Below, in pieces: positions 35,875-48,244 of a DNA stretch of 64,000 nucleotides. A program made the translations under genes and the position numbers. The notes beneath the pieces are model-generated. The model made no database searches. It had not been told where the DNA came from and was given only the letters and a program-made list of their open reading frames with translations. Origin of the DNA: Octopus sinensis (Eukaryota); contig NC_043011.1 of the NCBI RefSeq assembly GCF_006345805.1, positions 35,476,464-35,540,463 of the forward strand, given 5' to 3'. Positions within the stretch are counted from its first letter, which is position 1. Each line of letters opens with the position of its first letter.

Positions 35875-36104
35875 TGTGGTATGTATGTATGTATGTATGT
35901 ATGTATGTATGTATGTATGTAGGTATGTATGTAGGTATGTATGTATGTATGCATGCATGCATGCATGTATGTATGTATGTATGTATGTATGTATGTATGT
36001 ATGTATGTATATATGCATGTACAAGGTAATGCACGTGTGTGTACGTACGTACATACATACGTACACACACATACACACACAAACACATATGTATATATAC
36101 ATAT

Positions 36105-36166
<62 letters not shown>

Positions 36167-36250
36167 CATATGTGTGTGTGTTTGTATGTAGTATTATATA
36201 CGTACGTACATACGCGTTACACACGCGTACGTACATACATATATATACAC
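35875..36250. repeat. (TATG)n/(TA)n array with CpG-containing (TACG) variants
   Basis: Direct reading. Confidence 0.93.
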
Positions 36251-36251
36251 A

Positions 36252-36619
36252 TAAATATAGGATAGTGGTACAATAATGCACCAAATTTTACTGGAAATAG
36301 CAGTCGATAATATACGACGCTATAGTAAAGTTTCAATATATATATATATTTATATATATATATCTTGGCGAAGATGTCTGTGGGTGGCGAACATTAAAAA
36401 ATTTCATCTTACCTGTTGGAAGAACATTAAATAAATGTACAACCCAGATGTGGATAATCTAGGATCCAGGTTTCGAACTTTCCAAATTACGTTTGTTAAC
36501 GTAAATTTGATTAATTCTCTTCGGCTAGATTCACCAAGACAAAATCTCACATGTCGCTATATAAATGCCAGTATTTCCAGTAAATATTGGTGCATTGTTG
36601 TACTACCATCCTATATTTA
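36252..36619. mobile_element. MITE-like element with 48-bp TIRs
   Basis: TAAATATAGGATAGTGGTACAATAATGCACCAAATTTTACTGGAAATA vs the reverse complement of 36572-36619, 43/48 identical. Confidence 0.8.
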
Positions 36620-36969
36620 TACTTTAACCTGATGGAGATTTGTTTTACTGGGAAACAATACTACCGTATTGCACTATATATATTATATATATATATATAT
36701 TATATATATAATATATATATATTATATATATATATATACATACATACATACACACACATATATATACATATACATATACATATTTATATATATATACATA
36801 TATATATATATATAATATATTATATATATATATATTTTATACATACATATATATACATTCTATAAATGTACGTACATTTATACATATAATGTCTGCGTGT
36901 GTGTATATATATATTTATAGTTGCATAACTTTATGTAAATATATATTATGTAAGCATATATATATATAT

Positions 36970-37118
36970 AGGCACATGAGTGGCTTTGTGATAAATAGCT
37001 TGCTTACCAACCACATGGTTCCGGGTTCACTCCCACAAGTGTCTTCTTTTATAGCCTCGGGCCGACCAAAGCCTTGTGAGTGGATTTGGTGGGCGGAAAC
37101 TGAAAGAAACCCGTCGTA

Positions 37119-37155
<37 letters not shown>

Positions 37156-37172
37156 TGTGTGTGTGTGTGTGT

Positions 37173-37208
<36 letters not shown>

Positions 37209-37406
37209 TGTGTCTGTGTTTGCCCCCCTAACATCGCTTGACAACAGATGGCGGTGTGTTTACGTCCCCGTAACTTAGCAGTTCGCCAAAATATACCGAT
37301 AGAATAAGTACTAGACTTCCAAAGAATAAGTCCTGGGGTCCATGTGCTCGACTAAAGGCGATTCTCCAGCATGGCCGCAGTCAAACTACTGAAGCAAGTA
37401 AAAGAG
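36970..37406 (+). mobile_element. SINE family A
   Basis: Matches 34959-35365 with a small core deletion. Confidence 0.9.
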
Positions 37407-37458
<52 letters not shown>

Positions 37459-37547
37459 TTGAAATGGGTAAATGAATTATCTTGTTACGGATTATTCAAA
37501 TGATAACCGATACCTGGGTAGCATATATATATATATATATATGTATA

Positions 37548-37752
37548 AAGTTAATCCAAACATGAAAACACAAAGAGAAAACACAACGCGAGGACGTGGA
37601 ACAAATATAGTATTATTGGACGCTCAGGAGGATGGGAAGAAGGAGGGTTTTACGTTTCGAGCGGAGCTCTTCGTCAGAAACATAGGAAAAGGAAAGATCA
37701 AGAGAAAGGTAGACGGAGGAAAAAAAATCGCCAACGGTACACACGCGGTCGC
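37548..37752 (-). mobile_element. Penelope-like pLTR (family P2) ending at (TA)n
   Basis: Reverse-complement sister of 34068-34285. Confidence 0.65.
37647..37681 (-). ncRNA. Minimal type I hammerhead ribozyme with canonical core
   Basis: Minus strand GTTT-CTGACGA-A-GAGC tcc GCTC-GAA-ACGT-A-AAAC: helix I GTTT/AAAC, G10.1-C11.1 present, palindromic ACGT helix III, GUA cleavage triplet. Confidence 0.85.
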
Positions 37753-37862
37753 AAAAATGTATATATGTCTTTATATTATGTGTATCGACAGAGACAGGCA
37801 CCACGTGTACACAGAGGAGAATGAACACCACAGATGAGAGACCATAATATTCGAATATATAA

Positions 37863-38074
37863 CTGGTTTCAGATTTTTGCACATGGCTAGCAGTTTTGTG
37901 GAGAGGGGCCAAGTTAATTAAATCGACCCCATTGTTCAACTGGTATTTTATCAACCCCGAGAGGATGACAGGCAAAGTCGAACTCGGTGGAATTTGAACC
38001 CAGACCGTAAGGACGGACGAAATGCCGCTAAGCATTTTACCCGGTGTGCTAACGATTCTGCCAGCTCGCCACCT
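37863..38074 (-). mobile_element. SINE family B (tail type 3)
   Basis: Reverse complement GGTGGCGAGCTGGCAGAATCGTTAGC...GGGTTCAAATTCC. Confidence 0.88.
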
Positions 38075-38792
38075 TATTCAAGTATATAATTAACATGTGA
38101 AATCATCCCCCACCTCAAATGGGGTTGGGATCCTTCTTTTAAGAGATAACTTACGGAAAGAAATTTATATAAATAAATTAATTAAATTGGACACATTTTT
38201 GTTTCACGGGTGTATTTAATGACTTCCATCAACATACAGAAAGAAAAAATTAATATTGCCAAAATATTTATCTTAATTTCTTTTCTTTCTTCCATGTCTC
38301 TAGTGAAGCTGAATGCATTTTGAAATTTCTCTTCTAATACGCTTTCTCCTCTCAAAATTCACATCATTTGCTCCATACATTATCATGTTTTCCATCTTTA
38401 GAAATTCTAAATTTTAATTGAAAATTCATTCATTTGCCTCTCAGCTCTATGTCTTCCGTCTTGGTGGTAATTATTATCATTTTATGCACGTCTTTTGCTC
38501 CTAATTTAAAAGACATTTATCATTTACGTCCACTTTATGCAAAACAATTTATACGAATCTCTCCTAGACGTTACTACCTGTAAATAAAATTGAATGACAT
38601 TTGCTATGGCTCTTGCAAATTTAACCCTGCTTACGTCACTTAAGCTCTCGCCTTGGAGCATAGACCATCGACGACTTTTCTCCATCCTTCTCAGCTTCGT
38701 GCTGTCTTTACTCCAAGTCTTGTGTTGGTTTTGAATTGTTATCGATTCTTCTGTAACTTGCTTGTCTACGTATATCAATTTTTACCTCTGGT

Positions 38793-39020
38793 GGAGACGC
38801 GTGGCTTAGTGGTTAGGGTGTTGGACTCATGATCGTAAGATTGTGGTTTCGATTCTTGGACCGGGTGACACGTTGTGCTCTTGAGCAAAACACTTCATTT
38901 CACGTTGCCCCAGTCCACTCAGCTGGCGAAAATGTGTAATCTTGCGACAGACCTGCGTCTCTTCCATATGGGGAGTTTATGCGCCATGAAACTAGGAAAT
39001 TGGTCCGTACGAGTCGCTAT
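38793..39020 (+). mobile_element. tRNA-derived SINE family E (tail type 2)
   Basis: GGAGACGCGTGGCTTAGTGG (A box), GGTTTCGATTC (B box), core CTTGAGCAAAACACTTCATTTCACGTTG..CCAGTCCACTCAGCTGG. Confidence 0.85.
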
Positions 39021-39763
39021 GACTCGAGACGGCGACTTCACTGTTAATTTTAACCCTGGGATGAGGTCCCAATTTATCTGGCCTCCATCCTTTCACTTCT
39101 GCAACATGGGAGGCTCTAGCAGGAGCTTGCACTCCATTAACATAGCTCTCAGGGTCAGTGAGACACAGAAGCTACCACACAGTTACACAGCCACAAGGAC
39201 TTGACTTTGTATATTCATACTTGCAATCATGAATATTTATTTCACATTGAGGAGTTTTGATAAAAAAACAACTCCTACATTGCTGGCTACAATATCACGT
39301 TAAGCAAAATTAATATTTTCCCATGCATTCTGTATTTTAAAGTTATATGAAAGTTCAAATTAAGCAATTTTTTCTCATTCCTTTTTCAACCGTCTGGGCA
39401 TTAGCTGCAGGCCTTGAATGGGTGCTGCCACCCAATGTTCTATTGGCTCTCATATTTCGTGGTAAAGCTACGACTATAACGTCTTGATATAGGTCACTAA
39501 ACGAAAATGGATATATTGCCGATCAATAGTAACTGTTGCACGTTGAGTATTATAGTGTCAATGATGTCTTGCAAACAACTTGCACATGCAAGTGCTACCA
39601 GTCGAGAACTCCGCATACCGGAAGCCAGCAAGTGTATGGCGTCATTAGTAAAGAATGCACCCTGTTTCGGGGTCTACCTCTCGACAGCATCAATGCACAC
39701 CGCGACCCCCTCACTGATATGAAGCCCCGCTTGCTAGATCAACTGTTTATTAAATAAAGCTCA

Positions 39764-40330
39764 TTATTTCTCTAGCCATTGCTCATCGTCTCTTTTTAAC
39801 CAAATCCAGTGGCTAGCCTTCTCCACTGTAGTTTGGATATCGGTCATGGTGGTATTGACTTTACGATGAGTTAGGCCTAACAATAACAACAGTCGTCTCA
39901 CATTGTGTCCAACTCATTAATAATATATTAAATCTAAATTTATAAATTTAGTAAATCTTTGGATCTCAAAACAGTTCGTGAACGAATTTCCAGGTAAATA
40001 CTATGCAACCCAGCTTTCTGTTGGATTTCCAATAATCTGCTGTACAAGCTTTCTGCCTCAATTAGTATAACCTCACGTGGGTTTTCAATTTAGATCCATA
40101 GCTAAATTATATCACCATAAAAGGTTGGGAAGCCTATGTAAGAGCTTATCAACCAATCAACATTGGCTGACAAGTAGCAATGAACGACAGGAACATTAAA
40201 AAACGTTATATTAAATTCCTATTAAATTTTTATCGAAGTTTCCACAAGTTTTGCCAAGGATTATAAAAATGTAGACCCAACAATAAAGTGCATTTCCGTA
40301 TATTATCTTAAACAGTTTATATCCTAAATA
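39764..40330 (-). pseudogene. Highly degenerate RLE-type LINE C-terminus, HERO-like
   Basis: Minus strand reads EVILIE ... EIRSR ... VEKASHWIWLKRDDEQWLEK* (stop at 39764-39766), resembling the AEKASRWLWLKR end of HERO-clade ORFs. Confidence 0.5.
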
Positions 40331-40567
40331 TGTACAAGTAAAATCATAATGTATCAAAAAACATTCTTGCCAAGATTACGTGATACTTAAATCTTTGCAA
40401 CATGTGAAGTAAAGAGAATATCTTTTTAATAACGTTATGTGATTTAGTTTCCTTATTCTCTATTATGTTTATAACAATTAAGTAGATAATTACATAGAAA
40501 TATGTTTAGCAATAAATAGATATGTATGTGTAAATGTTGTCATTACAACATAAGGATAATTACCTTT

Positions 40568-40648
40568 GCTGAACATTGGTGCAGCTTTCCAGCTTGTCAG
40601 CTCTGGTCAAACCATCCAACCCATGCCAACATGGAAAACGAACGTTAA

Positions 40649-40707
<59 letters not shown>

Positions 40708-40760
40708 GGTGGTGGTGATGATGATGATGATGGTAGTGGTGGTGGTGGCGATAATGATGA
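40568..40760 (+). mobile_element. RTE 3' end (family C) with (GAT)n/(GGT)n tail
   Basis: CCATCCAACCCATGCCAACATGGAAAACGAACGTTAAAGGATGATGAT. Confidence 0.85.
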
Positions 40761-41059
40761 TATATGTCCTTCATATAAAAATGAAAAACAATTTACTGCC
40801 ACAATGATTAACAGAAATTTCAGCTTCTTTCATTCAACCGCACAGTTTGGAGACTGCCTCAGCTCTCTCTCTTATGTCGTCCCTAATTCTACCCATGGAA
40901 GCAGATTCTGTCGCCAAGGCAACAGACACTGAATTACTTCTGTGGGAATACCATTTTCATAATAAACAAATACACATGTGATATTAATATTATGATTGAA
41001 CATAATGAAAATTATTCACTGAATCATGAAAGCAAATTTTCTGGTGTTTTATTATTATT

Positions 41060-41077
41060 CCCTACCTTATCTATCTA

Positions 41078-41123
<46 letters not shown>

Positions 41124-41452
41124 CTATCTATCTATCTATCTATCTATCTATATATCTATCTATCTATTATATATATATATATATATGCCCCCACACATGT
41201 GTCTGTTTATCAGTGCATGTATGTAGAGAAATATTTAGTATTGTATACATGTATGTGTGCATTTAACACTTGCATATATACATATCATATATATATATGT
41301 ATATATATATGTGTGTGTGTGTGTATGTATGTATATACATGCATGCATACATACATACATACACACATGCATGCATGCGTACATGCATACATATATATAT
41401 ATGTATATATATATACATATATATACATTTATATATATGTATATATGTATAA

Positions 41453-41504
<52 letters not shown>

Positions 41505-41527
41505 ATATATGTATATATGTACATATA

Positions 41528-41564
<37 letters not shown>

Positions 41565-41650
41565 AATACACACACACACACGCACACACATATATATATA
41601 TATATCATATATCATATATAATATGCACTCATAATATTTACTCAGGCATG
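41060..41650. repeat. Compound (CTAT)/(TA)/(CA) microsatellite
   Basis: Direct reading. Confidence 0.93.
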
Positions 41651-41866
41651 TTTTTATGTATATATATGTCTATTGTACACTTGTGTGTAAATGTGAGAGT
41701 AGTATGTGTGTGTGTATATATATATGTGAATGTACATGATGATTTGAGTCAAATTCGATGTAGTATAATGTATATTGATGTTACTATACATATGTGTATT
41801 TGTGTGTATGAGTATGTATATGTGCATGTAATATTCATGTGTATTTGATGTATATGTGTGTATATA

Positions 41867-43100
41867 TCAAGTCATCCCATAAGTTCTGTCCAAATTTTGA
41901 ATAAAAAAACAAGTAATCAAATGTTATATTTTATTGAAATTTAATCATCAATGTACTTTTCCTGATTATCTATGACTTCCTTTCATCTATGTACATGCTT
42001 TTTAATCCCATCAATGTAAAACACTTCTGGATTCAAAGCAAAGAACTCTGAAATGTCAGTTTCGACCTCCTCCTGGCTTGTGAAAGTTAGGTCCCCCAAA
42101 TGATTCTGTAAACTACGAAACAAATGGTTGTCTAAAGGAGCAAGGTCAGGAGAATAAGGTAGATGAAGAAATTTTTCCCAACCAAGCTCTTTGATCTTCT
42201 GTGAATTGATCTTTGCAGTGTGGAGTCACGCATTGTCTTGATGAAACATCACTCCATTTCGATTCACTAAAGCGGGTCTTTTTCTCTTCAAAGCTTGGTT
42301 CAAACGCTCTAATTGCTGACAGTAGACTTGAACATTGATTGTTGCATTAGGTGGTAAGAATTCAAAGTGAATTATTCCTTTGCAATCCCACCAGATAGAG
42401 GGAAGAACCTTTTTTCCATGAAGTTCCCTTCTTGGTTGTGGTTGAGTCTTTTCCCTTTTACCAAGCCACTGTTTATGACATTAATTTCGATTGAAGATCC
42501 ATTTTTCCTCACCAGTCACAAGTCTATCCGAAAAGGGTGAAATGAGTTCATTAGAATAGAGAGAGGAGCTGATGTCAACTCAGGATTTGCGGTTGCTTTC
42601 GAACAATTCATGAGACACACATTTTCCAAGTTTAGGAATATTTCTAAGTTGTTGAAGATGATGATGAACAGTTATATGGTTTGAACTAAGCTTTATTGCC
42701 AATTATTCAACTGATAATGCAGGATTTTCTTCAAGTAATGCCTCAAAGAGCTTATCATCAAACTCAACTGAACGTCCTGTTCGATCTTCATCTTCAAGGC
42801 TGAAATCTCCACTTCTGAATTTTGCAAACCATCTTCTGCAAGTTCTTTCATTCAAGCATTCTTTCCCATAAACTGAGTGTATGTTTCAAGTCGCTTTGGC
42901 TGCAGAGTTTCCTTTTTTGTACTCACAAAGCATTATGTGCCCCAAATGCTCTTTGGATAATTCCATGTTAGAAAGAGTTTTAATCAAAGAAATTTTAATT
43001 CAATTATTCTGTAAAATAATATTTGATTAGTTTAAATGTACACAAATGCATAAAAATAATTTTAAATTCCATTAAACATTGTAAAATACTATTAAATTTC
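41867..43100 (-). mobile_element. Mariner (DD34D) transposon, one TIR retained
   Basis: TA then TCAAGTCATCCCATAAGTTCTGTCC at 41865-41890; no matching TIR found at the other end. Confidence 0.85.
41941..42966 (-). pseudogene. Full-length but inactivated mariner transposase (~342 codons)
   Basis: MELSKEHLGHIMLCEYKKGNSA...ERTCRRWFAKFRSGDFSLED; CVSHEL (WVPHEL); RLVTGEEKWIF; FHQDNA; PYSPDLAPLD; several in-frame stops. Confidence 0.92.
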
Positions 43101-43127
43101 ATTCAATTTTTCATATATATATATATA

Positions 43128-43300
43128 AGCACCCACTACACTCATGGAGTGGTTGACATTAGGAAGAGCATCCAGCAGTAGAAACACTGCCAAATCAGAT
43201 TGGAGTCTGGTGTAGCCTCCTGGCTTCCCTGTCCCCAGTCGAACTGTCCAACCCATGCTAGCATGGAAAACGGACGTTAAATGATGATGATGATGATTAT
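43128..43300 (+). mobile_element. RTE 3' end (family C)
   Basis: AAGCACCCACTACACTC...GGAAAACGGACGTTAAATGATGAT. Confidence 0.9.
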
Positions 43301-43597
43301 GATAATAATAATAACAATAATAATAATAATAATGGTTTCTGATTTAGCTACATGACTCACTGGCTACTGGAGATAAGTTCAGGCAATTATTACACTGATG
43401 ACGACATTTGAGGCAGAAGCATATCTGCACTACTCTCTCCTTATCTCCATACAATAAGTCTGTCCTTTCCTGTAATGGCATGTCCATTTTGGAGAATTTT
43501 TGAATGTTGAGATTATCTCCCCTTCTCATGTAGAACTAGTCATTACTTTCCCATAGTAATTATAATACGTCCTCTAGAGGCATAGGTATTTTTGAAA

Positions 43598-43754
43598 ATG
43601 GCTGCATGGTAAAAAGCTTACTTCCCAACCACGTGGTTCCAAGTTCAGTCCCACTGCATGGCACCTTGGGCAAGTGTCTTCTACCATAGCTTGGGCCTGA
43701 CCAAAGACTTGTGAGTGGATTTGATGGATGGAAACTGAAAGAAGCCTGTTGTAC
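43598..43754 (+). mobile_element. SINE family A, 5' half
   Basis: CCAACCACGTGGTTCCAAGTTCAGTCCCACTG...CCTTGGGCAAGTGTCTT. Confidence 0.85.
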
Positions 43755-43884
43755 ACATACATACATACATAAATACATACACATATACGTGCATATATAT
43801 ATATGTGTGTATGTGTGCGTATGTGTATGTGTATGTGTGTGTGTATATGTGTGTATGAGTATGCGTGTGTATCTTAGAGGATGT

Positions 43885-43934
43885 GCTTGTCCCCTCCCAC
43901 CAAAATTTCAGGTCTTCTGCCTTTAGCAGAAAGG

Positions 43935-43976
<42 letters not shown>

Positions 43977-44183
43977 TATTTATTTCTTTATTGCTCACAG
44001 GGGTCTAAATATAGAGGTGACAAACAAGGAGAGACAAAGGGATTAAGTCGATTACATCGACCCCAGTGATTAACTAGTACTTATTTAATCCACCCCGAAA
44101 GGATGAAAGACAAAGTTGACCTCGGCGGAATCTGAACTCAGAATGTAATGGCAGATGAAATACTGCTATTATTATTATCATTA

Positions 44184-44268
<85 letters not shown>

Positions 44269-44860
44269 GGCAGTGAGCTTGCAGAATCCTTAGCACACCG
44301 GATGAAATTCTTAGTGGTATTTTGTCCAACTTTACATTCTGAGTTCAAATTCCACAGTGGTCAACTTTGCCTTTCATCCTTTTGGGGTTGATAAAATAAG
44401 TACCAGTTGTGCACTGGGGTTGATGTAATTGGCTTACCCCCTCCTGGCTTTATGTCAGAATTTGAAATCATTATTATGGTTTTACTCTTTTATTTGTTTC
44501 AGTCATTTGACTGCAGCCATGCTGGAGCACCACCAGAACTTATTCTTTGTAAGCTTAGTACTTATTCTATCAGTCTCTTTTACCAAAACACTAATTTTCA
44601 AGGCCTTATGCCTAGAGTAGAAATAATTATGTAGCTAATCTAAGGTGGTGAGCTGGCAGAATTGTTAGCACACTGGGCAAAATGCTTAGCGGTATTTTGC
44701 CCATCGCTACATTCTGAGTTCAAATTCCGCTGAAGTTGACTTTGCCTTTCATCCTTTTGGGGTCGATAAATTAAGTACCAGTTGCATAGTGGGGTTGATC
44801 TAATCTACTGGCCCCCTTCCCCCAAATTTTAGGCCATGTGCCTAGAGTAGAAAGGATTAT
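43885..44860. mobile_element. Cluster of family B SINEs: orphan tail 43885-43945 (+), headless copy 43980-44165 (-), 44268-44470 (+), 44641-44860 (+), plus a family A tail 44481-44585 (-)
   Basis: Repeated CCTTTCATCCTTT(T/C)GGGGT(T/C)GATAAA core; (TAT)n between the copies. Confidence 0.85.
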
Positions 44861-45234
44861 ATGTAAGATATTTCTGTCATGTTTTATATTAACGTTGATG
44901 ATCAATGTTTGGAACGGCTGATTTTTGTGATAAGATAATAAGTATAAGATAGTTATACTCTACTTGTCAACATCGAATTTAACATGAGGGGAATGGGGTA
45001 GCTTTATTGAATGGTTTTATTGCTTATATATTTACTTACTATTTATTAATTTTATTCCCAAATTATTAGTTTTGGGGTGACAGATATTGCTTTCACTTAT
45101 CTGAGCCTTGAAATTTGAAGGAAAAATATTTCAATATAACAAATGTTTGCTCATTCAGCTTTCTCTCCCCCTCTCTCTCTCTCACGTCCACTATGTGTGT
45201 GTGCATGAGTGAATGTGTGACTATGTGCTTGTGC

Positions 45235-45316
45235 TTATGTATATATATGTATACATATACATACATACATACATACATACATACATACATACATACATAC
45301 ATACACACACATACAT

Positions 45317-45372
<56 letters not shown>

Positions 45373-45590
45373 CACATATATATATGAGTGTATATGAACA
45401 TATGTTTATATGTGTGTGTGCATATATATGTAAACATGCATATATGTTCAATATATACATGTATGTATATATATATATATATATGTATATACACATACAT
45501 ATGAATATATATATATATATATATATATATGAATATATATATGCATATAAATGCATACACATACATACTCACATACACACACACACACGT
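45235..45590. repeat. (TACA)n/(TA)n compound microsatellite
   Basis: Direct reading. Confidence 0.93.
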
Positions 45591-46651
45591 TCTTGTAAAA
45601 TAATTTCTTTTCCTTTTTTTTCTTTTCATTTGTACAGACCTGTTCTATTTCTCAAATAACTTATGGCGTTTTTTCACCCAAATCAATCTTATCCCACTCC
45701 ATTCAAAATCTTCTGTCAATGTCACAGACTAGTGAAATAATAACCAATTTCAATTCAGCTTCACTACTCTCATTGACTTTCCAGTATTATTTGTGTTGCG
45801 CATTTAGTTGTTGAATAGTCTGATCATCAAATATCTTTTCAAGAAGCAGCCAGCGTTAAAAAAAACAAAAAAAAAAAAAACTACTAGCTTAAATGATACA
45901 TGAATTATATATCATTAACAGATTTAAATATTATTCAACATCTTCATATGTTTTGTTTGTATAATGATCGTTAATAAATTCTATAGCATACTTTGTTTTG
46001 TTGACTTTTTTTCATTACAATAACGAATTGTATGTCGATATTATTACAAGTTTAATACTAGTCACTTAGCTGAGGGCAAGAAGGCAATATTTTAAATTCA
46101 AATTGCTTGCTCATTTAAAATGCTACCTTTAATATAAAATATATTTAGTTTAAATACAAAGAGTTTCTGAAATAAGAACGCTATTAATTTCATGTCTATT
46201 TTCATTTCTAGTAAAATAGATGTTGTATTAGGTAGCTTTAATTGGGTAAATTATTGAAATTTAGATTGTCATTCTCAAGTGAAGGCTTAATAAATGATAA
46301 GTTAATGCTAACTAAAAATATTTATTTAAAGACATTTTATCTCATATTCTGTAGATTCAGTCTAAATAACATACAATATTTACATTTACTTAAATGGCTT
46401 GCTCATACAACAATGTTCCTTGTCAATGTTCTATTATCATCATTATGGTGTGTCTTCTGACTGATTTGATGGAGCTTTTGACTTCTGTTTCTAGCTGGCT
46501 TGTGTATGTGTCTAGGAATGCTAATGATTTTCATGGCAGACAATGGATGTTGATAGTAATATAAAAGCTTCAATGAAATACTTTAATGAAGATATGTTAT
46601 AAATGTGTATACAACATATTGTTATGTTAAGCTAAGGTTGCTTCAAGTCTG

Positions 46652-47213
46652 TATATTGTTCTTTGTAAGCCTAGTACTTATTCTAGTATTCTCTTTTGCT
46701 GAACTGCTAAGTTACAGGGATTTAAACATACCAACATCGGTTGTCAAGCGATGGTGGGAGGAAAAACACAGGCACACAAACATATACATATATATGTATA
46801 TGTATATACTCTTTACTCTTTTACTTGTTTCAGTCATTTGACTGTGGCCATGCTGGAGCACCGCCTTTAATCGAGCAACTCGACCCCGGGACTTATTCTT
46901 TTGTAAGGCCAGTACTTATTCTATCGGTCTCTTTTGCCGAACCGCCAAGTAACGGGGACATAAACACACCAGCATCGGTGTCAAGATGCTAGGGGACAAA
47001 CACAGACACCAAACACACACATGCATTATATATATATTATACATATATACGACGGGCTTCTTTCAGTTTCCATCTGCCAAATCCACTCACAAGGCTTTGG
47101 TCAGCCTGAGGCTATAGTAGAAGACACTTGCCCAAGGTGCCACGCAGTGGGACTGAACCTGGAACCATGTGGTTGGTAGACAAGCTACTTACCACACAGC
47201 CACTCCTGCGCCT
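46652..47213 (-). mobile_element. Family A partial 3' copy (46652-46800) plus full copy (46810-47213)
   Basis: Reverse complement of family A; duplicated TTTGTAAG..AGTACTTATTCTA..CTCTTTTGC block. Confidence 0.9.
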
Positions 47214-47220
47214 ATATATG

Positions 47221-47276
<56 letters not shown>

Positions 47277-47277
<1 letters not shown>

Positions 47278-47608
47278 AAGGCATATAACTCAGTGGTTAG
47301 AGTGTTGAGCTTATGATCGTGAGGTTGTGCGTTCAAATCCTGGACTGGGCTGCGTGTTGTGTTCTTGAGCAAGACACTTTATTTCACGTTGCTCCAGTTC
47401 ACTCAGCTGTAGAAATGAGTTGCGACATCACAGGTGCTAAGCTGTATCTGCTGTTGCCTTCCTTGGGTAACACTAGTGGTGTGGAAAGGGGAGGCCGGTA
47501 TGCGTGGGTGACTGTTGGTCTTCTATAAACAACCTTTGCCCGACTTGTGCCTGGGAGGGTAACTTTCTAGGTGCAATCCCATGGTCAGTCATGACCGAAG
47601 GGGGTCTC
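47277..47608 (+). mobile_element. tRNA-derived SINE family E (tail type 3)
   Basis: E head/core then ...GGAGGGTAACTTTCTAGGTGCAATCCCATGGTCAGTCATGACCGAAGGGGGTCTC. Confidence 0.88.
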
Positions 47609-47657
<49 letters not shown>

Positions 47658-47679
47658 ATATATATATAATATATATATA

Positions 47680-47840
47680 TGATGGTCTTTCAGTTTCTGT
47701 CAACCAAATCCACTCACAAGGCTTTGGTTGGCCCAAGGCTATAGTAGAAGACACTTGCCCAAGGTGCCACGCAGTGTGACTGAACCCAGAACCATGTGGT
47801 TGGTAAGCAAGCTTCTTACCACACACTCACTCTTGTGCCT
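47680..47840 (-). mobile_element. SINE family A, 5' half
   Basis: CCAAATCCACTCACAAGGCTTTGG...GACACTTGCCCAAGGTGCCACGCAGTG. Confidence 0.88.
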
Positions 47841-48244
47841 ATATATTAGTCTAAGTTTCTATAATTCAAGCCTTGGTAACTTTTGAATGAATCAATAAAT
47901 GTTTTGTTTACTCATTTCTACATCAGAACAAGTATTTTATGGTCTAACTCAGAATGTCTGGAGTATTTGTTACTGCGGTGACCAAATTGAATCAAAATAC
48001 TGTGTTTGGCTATCTGTTTGGCTTTCTGAGAGAAGCTGTGTCTTTTTTTTTTTTTACATAATAAGACTGAGATGTTTCTCCAAGACAAAATATTACCTGA
48101 AACTTCCAGGTACATAAACAATGTGGTAAATGATCAGTTTCAGTGAATAATTTCTTTTTACAATAAAGAATATTTTCATGATTTTTTAAAAAGAAATTCC
48201 GAATTGCTGTGTATCAACAAATATTTAACCCTAAGCATTTAGAC

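Noticed and set aside
38524-38778. 84-aa minus ORF with donor-like GAC|GTAAGC
   Set aside because: The putative acceptor falls at a SINE head edge and no homology is recognised
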